Shown here: one piece after another, positions 33,162-42,110 of the stretch
How positions within the stretch are numbered: position 1 is the first letter of the stretch
How the letters are laid out: every line of letters begins with the position of its first letter
From: Candidatus Bipolaricaulota bacterium
GTDB lineage: Bacteria > Bipolaricaulota > Bipolaricaulia > RBG-16-55-9
Direction: 5' to 3'
Assembly (NCBI GenBank): GCA_026982655.1
Contig: JALSGO010000100.1
Coordinates: forward strand, 1-58,592
DNA: 58,592 nt
Made by a program: the position numbers and the translations under genes
Notes under the pieces: model-generated
Databases searched by the model: none
Told to the model about the DNA's origin: nothing
What the model saw: the letters and a program-made list of their open reading frames with translations, nothing else

Positions 33162-36100
33162 ATGCACTTGGCGAGAGAGGGTTGCAGGAACGCTTCGCGT
33201 AGGAACTCCCGGTGGGAGAGTCGGGGAAGGAAAAGAGGATGGGGAAGGGCGCTGGCAGCCTTTGGATTGCCCTTCCTCCTCCTGCTTGGCTCCCTAGGAC
33301 CGATCGAGCCGAGCCCCCCGGACGTCTGGGCTCAACCGACCCCGCAGAAATCCTCCCCCAGCGGCAACGTCGACAGCGCGCTGGCCCAACTATTGGCCAG
33401 TGTCCAGAGCGCCCGCGTCAGCGCACAAGGGGTCGTCCAGCAGGCGAGTCGTGCGGGCATCCCGGTAGAGGGCAACGCCATCCTCGTCGTTGCCGAGGTG
33501 TCCGGCCCGGCGGCGGCGATCGCCTCCGCCGTCGCCCAAGCCCTGGGGGGGGATCTCCTCGTCGCCACGTCCCGCAACTTCCTCAAGCTTCGGATTCCGC
33601 TCCAGAACCAGCCGCTTACCCTGCTGTTGAAGCTGGCGCAGCTGGGAGGAATCCGTTTCGTGCGGCCGCCGCTTCGGCCCGCCGCTCAGGTGATCAGCGA
33701 GGGCGTGGCTCTTACGGGAGCTTCGCTCTTGCATGCCAACGGCGTGCGGGGCCAAGGGGTCAAGATCGCGATCATCGACCTGGGCTTTGCCGGGCTCTCC
33801 GCCGCGCAGGCCCGGGGGGAGCTTCCCACCAACGTCCTCACCTTTGACTTCACCGGCACGGGCATCGAGGGGACCGTCTCCCACGGGACGGCGGTGGCCG
33901 AGATCGTCCACGACATGGCCCCCAACGCCCAGCTGCTGCTCATGAAAGTCGCCGACGAGGTGGGCCTGGAGAACGCCGTGGACGAGGCGATCCGCCAGGG
34001 CGTGCAGATCATCAACCACTCCGTGGCGTGGTTCAACACGAACTTCTACGACGGGACGGGTCCCATCGCGGCGGCGGCCCAGCGGGCCCGCTCCGCGGGG
34101 ATCGTGTGGGTGAACGCCGCGGGGAACTACGCCCGACGCCACTGGCAGGGGTTCGCCTCCGACGGCGACGGGGACGGCTGGGTCGAGTTCGCCCCCGGCG
34201 TGGAGGGCCTGCGGCTGAGCGCCCGCGCCGGGGAGGCCGTTCAGGTGTTTCTCACCTGGAACGACTGGCCGCGCTCCTCTCAAGATTATGATCTCTACGT
34301 GGTCGACAGCCGCGGGGCGATCGTGGCCGCTTCAGAGCGGCTGCAGAACGGGACCCAGCCCCCCACGGAGACCCTCTTCTTCACGGCCCCGGCCACGGAC
34401 ACCTACGAGATCCGGGTCCGGCCCGCGAGCGTGAGCGTCCCCCGGGCGCTCTCCATCTTCAACTTGAACCAAGACCTCACGCCCTACGTCCCCTCCGGGA
34501 GCATCGTCACCCCGGCGGACTGCAGCTGTACGTTGGCCGTCGGGTCCGTGAGCTTCCCGAACTGGACCACCGGGCCTCTCGACCCCTTCAGCTCGCAGGG
34601 ACCCACCACCGACGGGCGGCTCAAGCCCGACCTGGTGGGGCCCAGTGGGGTAACCGTCTCGACTGCGGGGTGGAACCCCTTCATCGGGACGAGCGCCGCC
34701 GCGCCCCACGTCGCGGGGGCCGCTGCGTTGCTCCTCTCGGAGAACCCCTCGCTGGGAGCTGCCCAGCTGGAATCCAAGCTCAAGGGCGACGCGATCCCCA
34801 TGGGCTCGGCCACCCAGTACGGCGCCGGGCGACTCAACCTCACCCCCTCGATCGCACGACAGCCCGACTTGACGATCGCGAACCCGACCTTCACGCCCGC
34901 TTCGCCCCGCATCGGGGACTTCATCACTGTGACGGCCCAAGTGCGCAACCAGGGGAGCGCCGACGCGGGCCCGTTCGCCGTCCGGCTCCAAGACGCCTTC
35001 GGGACGCTGCAGCAGAGCTTCTCCGGGCTGGCCGCCGGGGCTTCCGTCAGCGTGAGCTTCCAGCGCCAAGTGCGCCAGACCCAGGACACGATCACCCTCA
35101 CGGTCGATCCCTTCAACCAGGTGAGCGAGTCCGACGAGGGGAACAACACCGTGCAGCTCACCGTGCGGGCGCAGCAGGTCCCGCAGCTTCCGGACCTCGT
35201 GATCGCGGAGGCGAGCTACTCGCCCGCTCGCCCTCGGGTAGGCGACCCCGTGACGTTTGCCCTGACGGTCGCCAACTCCGGAGGGGCTCCCGCCGGGGCC
35301 TTCTTCGTCGAGGTGCGCGGCAGCGCAGGAGCTTCCCGAGCGTATCTATCAGGACTCGCTGCCGGCGCGTCTGCGGTCCTGCAGCTTCAGGTGCCCCTCT
35401 CCGCCCCCACGGAGACCTTTACGGCCTTTGTGGACGTGCTCGGCCAGGTCACCGAGGCCAACGAGGACAATAACGTCGTCTCGATCCCGGTCCAAGGGGA
35501 GGGAGCCAACCCGCTCCGCGTGGAGGTCGAGACGGACCGCTCGGCCTACGTGGTGGGGGATCCCATCGAGATCACGCTGACCCTGGGGACGGAGGGGTAC
35601 ATCTACCTCTACGACGTCGACGCGCAGGGGCAGGTGAGGATCCTCTATCCGACCTCCGAGGGGAGCTCCGCCTTCCTGCAGGCAGGCACCTACGACGTCG
35701 CGGAGCTGCTCGGTGTGGCCTATCTGCAGGTGACCCCGCCGCCGGGGACGGAGGCCCTGCACGCCCTGCTCACCGACCGTCCGGCGAACCTTGGGCTTCA
35801 CGGACTGCAGAACCCCTCCTTTGTCGACCCCAACGCCTTCCGGACGACCCTTCTCCAACGCCTGCAGGCCGTGGCCCCCTCCGCCGCCTGGGCTTGGGAC
35901 GCGGCGACCTTCACCGTGCAGGGCTCCCCGCCGGCCAACCGCCCCCCCGTGGCCCGCTTCGCCTACACCCCGTCTGCCCCTGTGGTCCACCAGGTCGTCA
36001 CCTTCGACGGCTCTTCCTCGTTCGATCCCGACGGAACGATCGTCGAGTGGCGTTGGACCTTCGAGGGGGCGACCACGGTGGAGGCCCGGGGCGTTCAAGT

Positions 36101-37019
36101 CAACGTGCGCTTCACGACCGCCCGAACCTATCGGGTGACGCTTACGGTGACGGACAACCAAGGGGCGACCGACTCCACCACCCAGACCGTCGAAGTGCTC
36201 GCCGCGCCGCCTCCGCCCCCGAACCGCCCTCCCGTCGCGCAGTTCACCTTCAGCCCTCAGACTCCCCAAGTGAACGAGCTCGTCACCTTCGACGGACGGA
36301 CTTCCTCCGATCCGGACGGGACCATCGTGCAGTATCGCTGGGATCTCAACGGGGACGGCCGCATCGACGCGCAGGGCGCCGTGATCCAGGCCCGCTACGC
36401 TCGCGCAGGGACCTACACCGTGACCTTGACCGTCGTGGACAACCAGGGGGCCACCGCCTCCGCTTCCCGCACGATCTCCGTGGGCTCCGCGCCCCCGCCT
36501 CCCCCATCGCTCCCCGAGGGTGTAGGGTTCTACTTGCTCAGCGAGGAGCCCGACACGCTTCGGATCGTCGTCCAAGGCGACCCTGCCTGGGGCGACGAGA
36601 CGCGCTCCTTCCGCCTGTTGGTGCGGCCTCTGACGGGGGCGCTGCGGGGCAATCCCACGGTCGAGACGGAAGGAGCCGCCTCGGCCCGGCCCCCTCGTTC
36701 GCAGGGGAACCTCCTCCTCTTGGAGGGGCGGGTGGGCCAGGGTCGGGTGGTCTTCCTCCTGAAGATCGTCTTCTCCCGCGGCGCGCAGCAGCTCGTCGAG
36801 CTGGCTCCGGAGATGGACGTAGACGGCGACGGCCGACGGGAGAAGTGGCCGCAAGTTCCGGCCTTCGTGGTCTTGGACGGGGAGGTCTACCCCATCGAGA
36901 TCCCCACGAACCGTACGGGGTTCATCCTGCGGGCCCGGAACGGCTCTCTCTTCCCCTTTGCTCGAGGGGTCCTAGAAATCTGCGATCCGACGCTGCGCAC
37001 CTGTATCTCTCCGCCCTAA
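33162..37019 (+). CDS. secreted subtilisin-like (S8) serine protease with two CARDB, one DUF4384, two PKD and an unnamed C-terminal domain
   Basis: ORF 32994-37019 trimmed to ATG 33162, which follows AAAGGAG. Catalytic Asp in VKIAIIDLGF (33777-33779), His in SHGTAV (33882-33884), Ser in GTSAAAPHVAG (34692-34694). CARDB blocks end in ...SDEGNNT / ...ANEDNNV. DUF4384 block YVVGDPIEITLTL..YIYLYDVDAQGQVRILYP. Two NRPPVA.F...PDGTIV..RW PKD units. Confidence 0.9.
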   Translation: MHLAREGCRNASRRNSRWESRGRKRGWGRALAAFGLPFLLLLGSLGPIEPSPPDVWAQPTPQKSSPSGNVDSALAQLLASVQSARVSAQGVVQQASRAGIPVEGNAILVVAEVSGPAAAIASAVAQALGGDLLVATSRNFLKLRIPLQNQPLTLLLKLAQLGGIRFVRPPLRPAAQVISEGVALTGASLLHANGVRGQGVKIAIIDLGFAGLSAAQARGELPTNVLTFDFTGTGIEGTVSHGTAVAEIVHDMAPNAQLLLMKVADEVGLENAVDEAIRQGVQIINHSVAWFNTNFYDGTGPIAAAAQRARSAGIVWVNAAGNYARRHWQGFASDGDGDGWVEFAPGVEGLRLSARAGEAVQVFLTWNDWPRSSQDYDLYVVDSRGAIVAASERLQNGTQPPTETLFFTAPATDTYEIRVRPASVSVPRALSIFNLNQDLTPYVPSGSIVTPADCSCTLAVGSVSFPNWTTGPLDPFSSQGPTTDGRLKPDLVGPSGVTVSTAGWNPFIGTSAAAPHVAGAAALLLSENPSLGAAQLESKLKGDAIPMGSATQYGAGRLNLTPSIARQPDLTIANPTFTPASPRIGDFITVTAQVRNQGSADAGPFAVRLQDAFGTLQQSFSGLAAGASVSVSFQRQVRQTQDTITLTVDPFNQVSESDEGNNTVQLTVRAQQVPQLPDLVIAEASYSPARPRVGDPVTFALTVANSGGAPAGAFFVEVRGSAGASRAYLSGLAAGASAVLQLQVPLSAPTETFTAFVDVLGQVTEANEDNNVVSIPVQGEGANPLRVEVETDRSAYVVGDPIEITLTLGTEGYIYLYDVDAQGQVRILYPTSEGSSAFLQAGTYDVAELLGVAYLQVTPPPGTEALHALLTDRPANLGLHGLQNPSFVDPNAFRTTLLQRLQAVAPSAAWAWDAATFTVQGSPPANRPPVARFAYTPSAPVVHQVVTFDGSSSFDPDGTIVEWRWTFEGATTVEARGVQVNVRFTTARTYRVTLTVTDNQGATDSTTQTVEVLAAPPPPPNRPPVAQFTFSPQTPQVNELVTFDGRTSSDPDGTIVQYRWDLNGDGRIDAQGAVIQARYARAGTYTVTLTVVDNQGATASASRTISVGSAPPPPPSLPEGVGFYLLSEEPDTLRIVVQGDPAWGDETRSFRLLVRPLTGALRGNPTVETEGAASARPPRSQGNLLLLEGRVGQGRVVFLLKIVFSRGAQQLVELAPEMDVDGDGRREKWPQVPAFVVLDGEVYPIEIPTNRTGFILRARNGSLFPFARGVLEICDPTLRTCISPP

Positions 37020-37054
37020 GCTGAGCACCTGGGCACGCCGTGGACGACACGTAA

Positions 37055-37102
37055 GGGCGAGGGGCTCGTACGGAACGGAGGAGCCCCTCGCCCCTTTTCG
37101 TT
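37055..37102 (+). terminator. rho-independent terminator after the S8 gene (between convergent genes)
   Basis: gggcgaggggctc (37055-37067) pairs perfectly with gagcccctcgccc (37081-37093) and is followed by cttttcgtt. Confidence 0.7.
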
Positions 37103-37105
37103 CCG

Positions 37106-38632
37106 CTAGCGGGAGGCACTGGGGGTCCCGGTGCCGGAGGCGGGTAAGCCCTCGGAGTCTCCCGTGAGGGGCGGTCCGGGAAAGGTCCCGGCGCGGGTAT
37201 GGCGCATCGCGCGCAGCGTTTCGCAAAAGGCCTGCTGGATGCGCTCCAGATCCCGCAGAGTCAAGGGGCTTTCCCGCAGCTGGCCGTCTTCTACGCGGGA
37301 GCGGACCACCTCGCGAACCGTCTCCTCCAACTGGGTGAGGTCATCGTGTCCGCGGGTGGCGGCCTCCACCCCGTCGGCGAGCATCACGATGGCCGTCTCC
37401 TTGGTGGAGGGAAACTCCGAGTTATAGCGGTAATCGTCCATCGTGCCCTCGCTCGCCTTCCCCTCCCGCAGCGCCTTGAGGTAGAAATAGCGGATGACCG
37501 AGGTGCCGTGGTGCTGGCGGATGAACCGGATGACGTCCTCCCGGAGGCCGTACTCGCGCGCCAGCTCCACCCCGTCCTTGATGTGGGACATTAAAATCAT
37601 CTTGCTCATGCTGGGGGAGATCTCGTCGTGGGGGTTCGGGCCTCCCTGCTGGTTCTCCACGAAGTACTCCGGGCGGCGAATCTTGCCGATGTCATGGTAG
37701 TACCCGCCGACCTTGGCGAGGAGGGGGTCGGCGCCGATCGCCTGCGCGGCGCTCTCCGCCAGATCGGCCACCCGGAAGCTGTGGTGGTAGGTGCCCGGAG
37801 CCCTCTCCCGCAGGAGCACCAGCAGGGGATGCGAAGGGTTCAGGAGCTCCACCAGCCCCAGCGGGCTCGTCTTCTGGGTGATGTACTCGGCCACGGGGAG
37901 CGCGCCGAAGAGCAACAAGACGCTGATGAGCCCGTTGAGCCCCGTCCAGACGAGGGCTACCGCGCTCAGGGCCCCGCTCCCTTGGGTGAGGACGACCGCC
38001 CCGGTGTGGAGGAGGATCCCGACGAAGCCGATCTCCAAGCCCGCCAGGGGCAGATCCGAAAGCCGGCGCAGTCGGGCGCAGCGGAGGACGGCCACGATCC
38101 CGCTCCCAAACGCGGCCAGGGTAGCCGTGGGCCAGAGCTCGGGCCCTCCGCTCAGCCCCGTCCAGAGGGCCAGGAGGATCGCAGCCCACAGGCCCACCTC
38201 GGCGTGGACGAAGACGGTGATGAGGCCTGCCCCCAAGGCCACCGGAACGAGGTACGCCCCCATCGGCTCGGGCACCAAGAAGGGGGCTAAGAGGTCGACG
38301 GCCCGCCCCAGGAGGACCACGCTCCCCAAGGCCGCGATGAGGAAGACGCGCAATCGACGACTCTCCCAGAGCTGGGGGTGTCGCAAGCGCAGCGCACCCA
38401 GCCAGAGCGCCGTCAGCAGCGCGATCAGCAGGGCACCGCCCGCCAGAGGCTCCCACGGAAGCCAGCGGATCCACGGCTCCCCTGTGGGGTCCAGACGGAA
38501 GGCGAGGAACCCCGTCAGGAGAACCGTAAGAAGGGCGAAGTCCAAGCCGCCTCGCAGAGGGAGACGGCGGCGGCGCAGCTCGCCCCCCCTATTCCGATCG
38601 TTCCTGCGCCTGCGTGGCCTCCGCTTTCTCAT
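37106..38632 (-). CDS. 7-TM HD-domain phosphohydrolase (PgpH/YqfF-like), short form without the large extracellular N-domain
   Basis: Multi-TM N-terminal half, then HHSFRVADLAE...GGYYHDIGK..P.YF.EN (HD/HDIG motifs). ATG 38632 would overlap phoH by 44 nt, so the true start may lie further downstream. Confidence 0.8.
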   Translation of the reverse strand: MRKRRPRRRRNDRNRGGELRRRRLPLRGGLDFALLTVLLTGFLAFRLDPTGEPWIRWLPWEPLAGGALLIALLTALWLGALRLRHPQLWESRRLRVFLIAALGSVVLLGRAVDLLAPFLVPEPMGAYLVPVALGAGLITVFVHAEVGLWAAILLALWTGLSGGPELWPTATLAAFGSGIVAVLRCARLRRLSDLPLAGLEIGFVGILLHTGAVVLTQGSGALSAVALVWTGLNGLISVLLLFGALPVAEYITQKTSPLGLVELLNPSHPLLVLLRERAPGTYHHSFRVADLAESAAQAIGADPLLAKVGGYYHDIGKIRRPEYFVENQQGGPNPHDEISPSMSKMILMSHIKDGVELAREYGLREDVIRFIRQHHGTSVIRYFYLKALREGKASEGTMDDYRYNSEFPSTKETAIVMLADGVEAATRGHDDLTQLEETVREVVRSRVEDGQLRESPLTLRDLERIQQAFCETLRAMRHTRAGTFPGPPLTGDSEGLPASGTGTPSASR

Positions 38633-39647
38633 AGGCGTCGATGATCTTCTTCACCAAGGGATGGCGGACGACGTCGGCCTTCTCTAGATATATGAAAGCG
38701 ATTTCGTCGATCCCGGCCAGGATCCGTGGCACCTCCACCAAGCCGGAGCGGCCCCGCTCCAGGTCGATCTGGGTGACGTCCCCCGTGATCACGGCCCGGG
38801 AGTTGAGCCCCAGGCGCGTCAAGAACATCTTCATCTGGCCCGTGGTGGTGTTCTGAGCCTCATCCAGGATGATGAAGCTGTTGTTGAGGGTCCGACCCCG
38901 CATGTACGCTAAAGGGGCGACCTCGATCCGTCCGCTCTCGAGGTAGCGCTGGACCTCGTCGCCGGGGATCATGTCGTACAAAGCGTCGTAGAGGGGGCGC
39001 AGATACGGGCTCACCTTGGCGTGGATGTCCCCCGGCAGGAAGCCCAGCTCCTCGCCGGCCTCCACGGCGGGCCGCGTCAGGATGAGCCGCCCCACCCGGC
39101 CCTTCTTCAAGAAGTGGATGGCCATCGCCACGGCCAGATACGTCTTCCCCGTCCCCGAGGGGCCGATGGCGAAGACGATCTCCCGCTCTTGAATCGCCCG
39201 GACGTAGCGGGACTGCCCTGCCGTCTTCGGGCGGATGGGTTCCCCCCAGCGGGTGTACTGGATGACGTCGGTGAGCACCCCTTCGACGTCCTGCTCCGCT
39301 TTGATCTGTTCGGCCAAGTATCTCACGTCCCGGGTGTCCGGCATGTGGTGCCCCGCGATGAGTTCCCGCAGCTTCTCCAGGAGCCTTTCGGTGCGCTCCA
39401 CATCTCGCTTGGGCCCCTCGAGGAGGAGACGGTCGCCGCGCAGGCGCAGCTCGACGGGTAAGACCTCGCGGATTACGTTGAGGTTGCGATTGAGAGGACC
39501 GAAGAGGGCAGTAGCCTCACCCACGTCCTGGAGGGCGATCTCGCGCCTCACCACCGCCGTCTGCGCTTGCACTTGCGCTTGCCCCGGGGCCTTGGCTTGG
39601 GCTCGGGATTGGGCTTCCGTCGATTCGCTCAGCCACGACACCTCCAC
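38589..39647 (-). CDS. phoH: PhoH-like ATPase
   Basis: Walker A GPSGTGKTYLAVAMA, Walker B FIILDEAQN, and the PhoH C-terminal block GDVTQIDL. GTG 39647 is the longest start. Confidence 0.85.
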   Translation of the reverse strand: MEVSWLSESTEAQSRAQAKAPGQAQVQAQTAVVRREIALQDVGEATALFGPLNRNLNVIREVLPVELRLRGDRLLLEGPKRDVERTERLLEKLRELIAGHHMPDTRDVRYLAEQIKAEQDVEGVLTDVIQYTRWGEPIRPKTAGQSRYVRAIQEREIVFAIGPSGTGKTYLAVAMAIHFLKKGRVGRLILTRPAVEAGEELGFLPGDIHAKVSPYLRPLYDALYDMIPGDEVQRYLESGRIEVAPLAYMRGRTLNNSFIILDEAQNTTTGQMKMFLTRLGLNSRAVITGDVTQIDLERGRSGLVEVPRILAGIDEIAFIYLEKADVVRHPLVKKIIDAYEKAEATQAQERSE

Positions 39648-39655
39648 GATGAGGG

Positions 39656-39684
39656 ATGGTAATGCCGCAGGCGAGGTTTGTCAA
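39656..39684 (-). promoter_or_regulatory. sigma70-type promoter abutting the phoH start
   Basis: The minus strand reads TTGACA (39684-39679), a 17-nt spacer, TACCAT (39661-39656), then 8 nt to GTG 39647. Confidence 0.5.
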
Positions 39685-39783
39685 CGACCCTCCCCCGAGA
39701 ACGCCCCATGCCATAGGCCGGACTGCATCCCAGTCCTTCACCGCGCGGGGCACGGAACTCGTCGACGAGGCTCTCAACAAGCC

Positions 39784-39812
39784 TTGCGTGCCTCTCACCT
39801 AAGCCGTATGCT
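39784..39812 (+). promoter_or_regulatory. candidate sigma70-type promoter of mutL
   Basis: TTGCGT (39784-39789), a 17-nt spacer, TATGCT (39807-39812), then 17 nt without an SD to ATG 39830. Confidence 0.45.
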
Positions 39813-39829
39813 CCCTTTGAATTCATACC

Positions 39830-41662
39830 ATGAGCACAGCAAGAGAACACCGAGTACACGAACTCGATGAGCACCTGATCCGCAAGATCGCCGCGGGCGA
39901 GGTGATCGAGCGCCCCGCGTCTGTGGTCAAGGAGCTGGTGGAGAACAGCCTGGACGCCGGGGCGAAGCGCATCGAGGTGCTCGTCGAGGGCGGAGGACTC
40001 CGGCGCATCGCCGTGGCGGACGACGGCATCGGGATGGTCCGCGCGGACGCCCTGTTGGCGATCCGCCGTCACACCACGAGCAAGATCCGCTCCGAACGCG
40101 ATCTGGAGCGCATTCAAACCCTGGGATTCCGCGGGGAGGCGCTGGCGAGCATCGTCGAGGTCTCCCGCGCCGCGATCGTGACCCGCGCCGAGGGCGAGCC
40201 CGAAGGGACGCGCCTCGAGATCGAGGGCGGGGTCGTACGAAGCGTCCGCCGGGAGGGCCGGGGCCGGGGGACGACCGTGGACGTGCGGGACCTCTTCTTC
40301 AACACCCCGGCCCGGCGGAAGTTCTTAAAGAGCGAGCGCACGGAGTTCGCGCATATCCTCCGGGTGCTGAAGCGGTTCGCTCTGGCGTATCCCGAGGTGC
40401 ACTTCCGGCTGGTCCGCAACGGGCGAAACGCGTTGGAGTCCCCCCCGGCGCGGGAGCTGCGAGAGGTGATCGCCCAGCTCTACGGCGCGGAGCTGGCCCG
40501 CGCCCTCCTCGAGGTGCGCGCCGACGGCCCGGAGATCCGGGTGCACGGGTTGGTGTCTCCGCCCCAACAGGCGCGCGCCGACCGGGGGGAACAGCACGTC
40601 TTCGTCAACGGTCGCTTCGTGCGCGACGCCGCCGTCCGGTACGCGATCACCAAAGCCTATGAGGGCTTTCTGAAAGATAAGCATCCGATGGTCTTCTTGT
40701 TTTTAGAAGTGGACCCCGAGAAGGTCGACGTAAACGTCCACCCCCAGAAGGCCGAGGTGCGCTTCGCGAACCCGAAGCTCGTCCAAGCGGAGGTGAAGCG
40801 CGCGATCGCGGAAGCCCTGCTCACCCGAGGGGCAATCCCGCAGCTCCGCCCCCCGCGGGTGCCCGCCCCGGCTCCTCCGGCCTCTCGCCCCAAGGAGCCC
40901 CTCTCTTTAAGGCCTTTCACCCCCTCCGCTCCCGAGCTCGACCTTGACCTCGACCTTGACCTCAAGCGCGAGCTCCTCGAGAGGTCCCGCGCGGCCTCCG
41001 GCGCGTTGCCCCCCCGAGGAGAGCCGGACGAGGGCAGGGCCGAGCAGGAGGACAGGCTCGGGGGTACGCCCAAGGGCCGCGATCGGGTCCTGGGACAGCT
41101 CCACGGGACGTACATCCTGGTGCAGACGCCCGAGGGCCTGGAGCTGATCGACCAGCACGTGGCCCACGAGCGGATCCTCTTTGAGCGGTACCGGGCGCAG
41201 CTCGCATCGGGCGGGGTCCGCCGCCAGCGGCTTCTCCTCCCCCTGACGCTGGAGTTCCCTCCCGATCAGGCAGAGCTCCTAGAGGCCCAGCTCCCCACGC
41301 TGGGCGGGGAGCTGGGCATCGGTCTGGAGCGCTTCGGCGGAACCACCTTCTTGGTGCGGGAGTGGCCCGAAAGCTTCGCCGAAGGGCTTACGGAGGAGCG
41401 GGCGCGGCAGGCCCTGGAGCGGGTGCTAAGCGCCCTGGAGCGCGAGGAGGAGCCCCACCTCGAGGAGCTGGCCAAGGCGCTGGCCGCCGATCTCGCCTGC
41501 GAGGCCGCCGTGGTGAAGAACACCCCGCTCACCTTGGAGGAGATGGAGCACTTGGTCCGGGAGCTCCGTCGGGCGGAGAACCCCTACCGCTGCCCCCACG
41601 GACGGCCCATCATCGTCAAGTACTCCCTCCGGGAGCTAGAGCGCGCCTTCGGACGGCGTTGA
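39830..41662 (+). CDS. mutL: DNA mismatch repair protein MutL (endonuclease-type)
   Basis: GHKL N-terminus IRKIAAGEVIERPASVVKELVENSLDAGA. C-terminal endonuclease motif DQHVAHERILFE and CPHGRP. Confidence 0.95.
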   Translation: MSTAREHRVHELDEHLIRKIAAGEVIERPASVVKELVENSLDAGAKRIEVLVEGGGLRRIAVADDGIGMVRADALLAIRRHTTSKIRSERDLERIQTLGFRGEALASIVEVSRAAIVTRAEGEPEGTRLEIEGGVVRSVRREGRGRGTTVDVRDLFFNTPARRKFLKSERTEFAHILRVLKRFALAYPEVHFRLVRNGRNALESPPARELREVIAQLYGAELARALLEVRADGPEIRVHGLVSPPQQARADRGEQHVFVNGRFVRDAAVRYAITKAYEGFLKDKHPMVFLFLEVDPEKVDVNVHPQKAEVRFANPKLVQAEVKRAIAEALLTRGAIPQLRPPRVPAPAPPASRPKEPLSLRPFTPSAPELDLDLDLDLKRELLERSRAASGALPPRGEPDEGRAEQEDRLGGTPKGRDRVLGQLHGTYILVQTPEGLELIDQHVAHERILFERYRAQLASGGVRRQRLLLPLTLEFPPDQAELLEAQLPTLGGELGIGLERFGGTTFLVREWPESFAEGLTEERARQALERVLSALEREEEPHLEELAKALAADLACEAAVVKNTPLTLEEMEHLVRELRRAENPYRCPHGRPIIVKYSLRELERAFGRR

Positions 41663-41706
41663 CCTCTCCTCCGGCGGTCCCCCGGTCGAACGAGCGCTCG
41701 ACCGCG

Positions 41707-41735
41707 TTGACAACCTCCCTCCGCTGCGCTACGCT
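41707..41735 (+). promoter_or_regulatory. sigma70-type promoter giving a leaderless transcript
   Basis: TTGACA (41707-41712), a 17-nt spacer, TACGCT (41730-41735), then 6 nt to ATG 41742. Confidence 0.55.
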
Positions 41736-41741
41736 GCTCTC

Positions 41742-42110
41742 ATGGGATCGCGGTCTACGAGTGCCGGAGGGTTCTTCGTGAGCACCCTGCTCCTCGCCCT
41801 GCTCGTCGGCACGATGGGAGGGTCGGGTACGGCCTCCGCCTCCCCGGCATCCCCCTCTGCCGTTCTCCCCCTTGCCGAGAGGGGGAAGGATATCCCGGTC
41901 CCCCCCGAGGAGGTCCGACTGCAGGTCTTCGACCTCAGCGGGAGGACCGTGTACGATAGCGGCTTCCAAAGGGGACGTACGGTCCAATGGAACCTCCAGA
42001 CCCAAGAGGGTGCCCCCGCAGCCAACGGGGTGTACTGGGCCGTGGTCACGGTCCGGGATCGGGAAGGACGACTTCACGTCCGCCTGCAGCGCGTGTGGGT
42101 CCTTCGCTAA
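41742..42110 (+). CDS. small secreted protein: signal peptide plus a single FlgD-Ig/T9SS-CTD-like domain
   Basis: Signal peptide FFVSTLLLALLVGTMGG. VRLQVFDLSGRTVYD...VQWNL...NGVYWAVVTVRD fits the FlgD-Ig-like pattern. Homologous to the tail encoded at 1-147. Confidence 0.6.
   Translation: MGSRSTSAGGFFVSTLLLALLVGTMGGSGTASASPASPSAVLPLAERGKDIPVPPEEVRLQVFDLSGRTVYDSGFQRGRTVQWNLQTQEGAPAANGVYWAVVTVRDREGRLHVRLQRVWVLR

Noticed and set aside
40940-40963. Short tandem repeats as CRISPR-like or contingency elements: gaccttgacctc x2 in mutL, ggcacg-type hexamers at about 19551-19575 in ccdA, cccctg hexamers at about 23497-23520 in the MFS gene, and gcaag/gcgca repeats at about 39560-39585 in phoH.
   Set aside because: All are in-frame, only 2-4 units long, and encode low-complexity linkers (LDLDLDLDL, GAGTGTSTT, QAQGQGQG, QAQVQAQ). 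They have no spacer structure, are not intergenic, and their unit lengths are multiples of 3, so slippage would not switch the genes off.
37106-41662. The PhoH ATPase, HD-domain membrane protein and GHKL ATPase (MutL) neighbourhood as a possible defence system.
   Set aside because: All three match widespread housekeeping families. The phoH-pgpH pairing is common, and MutL has its full endonuclease motif. No nuclease, methylase, toxin or other defence-type partner is present.
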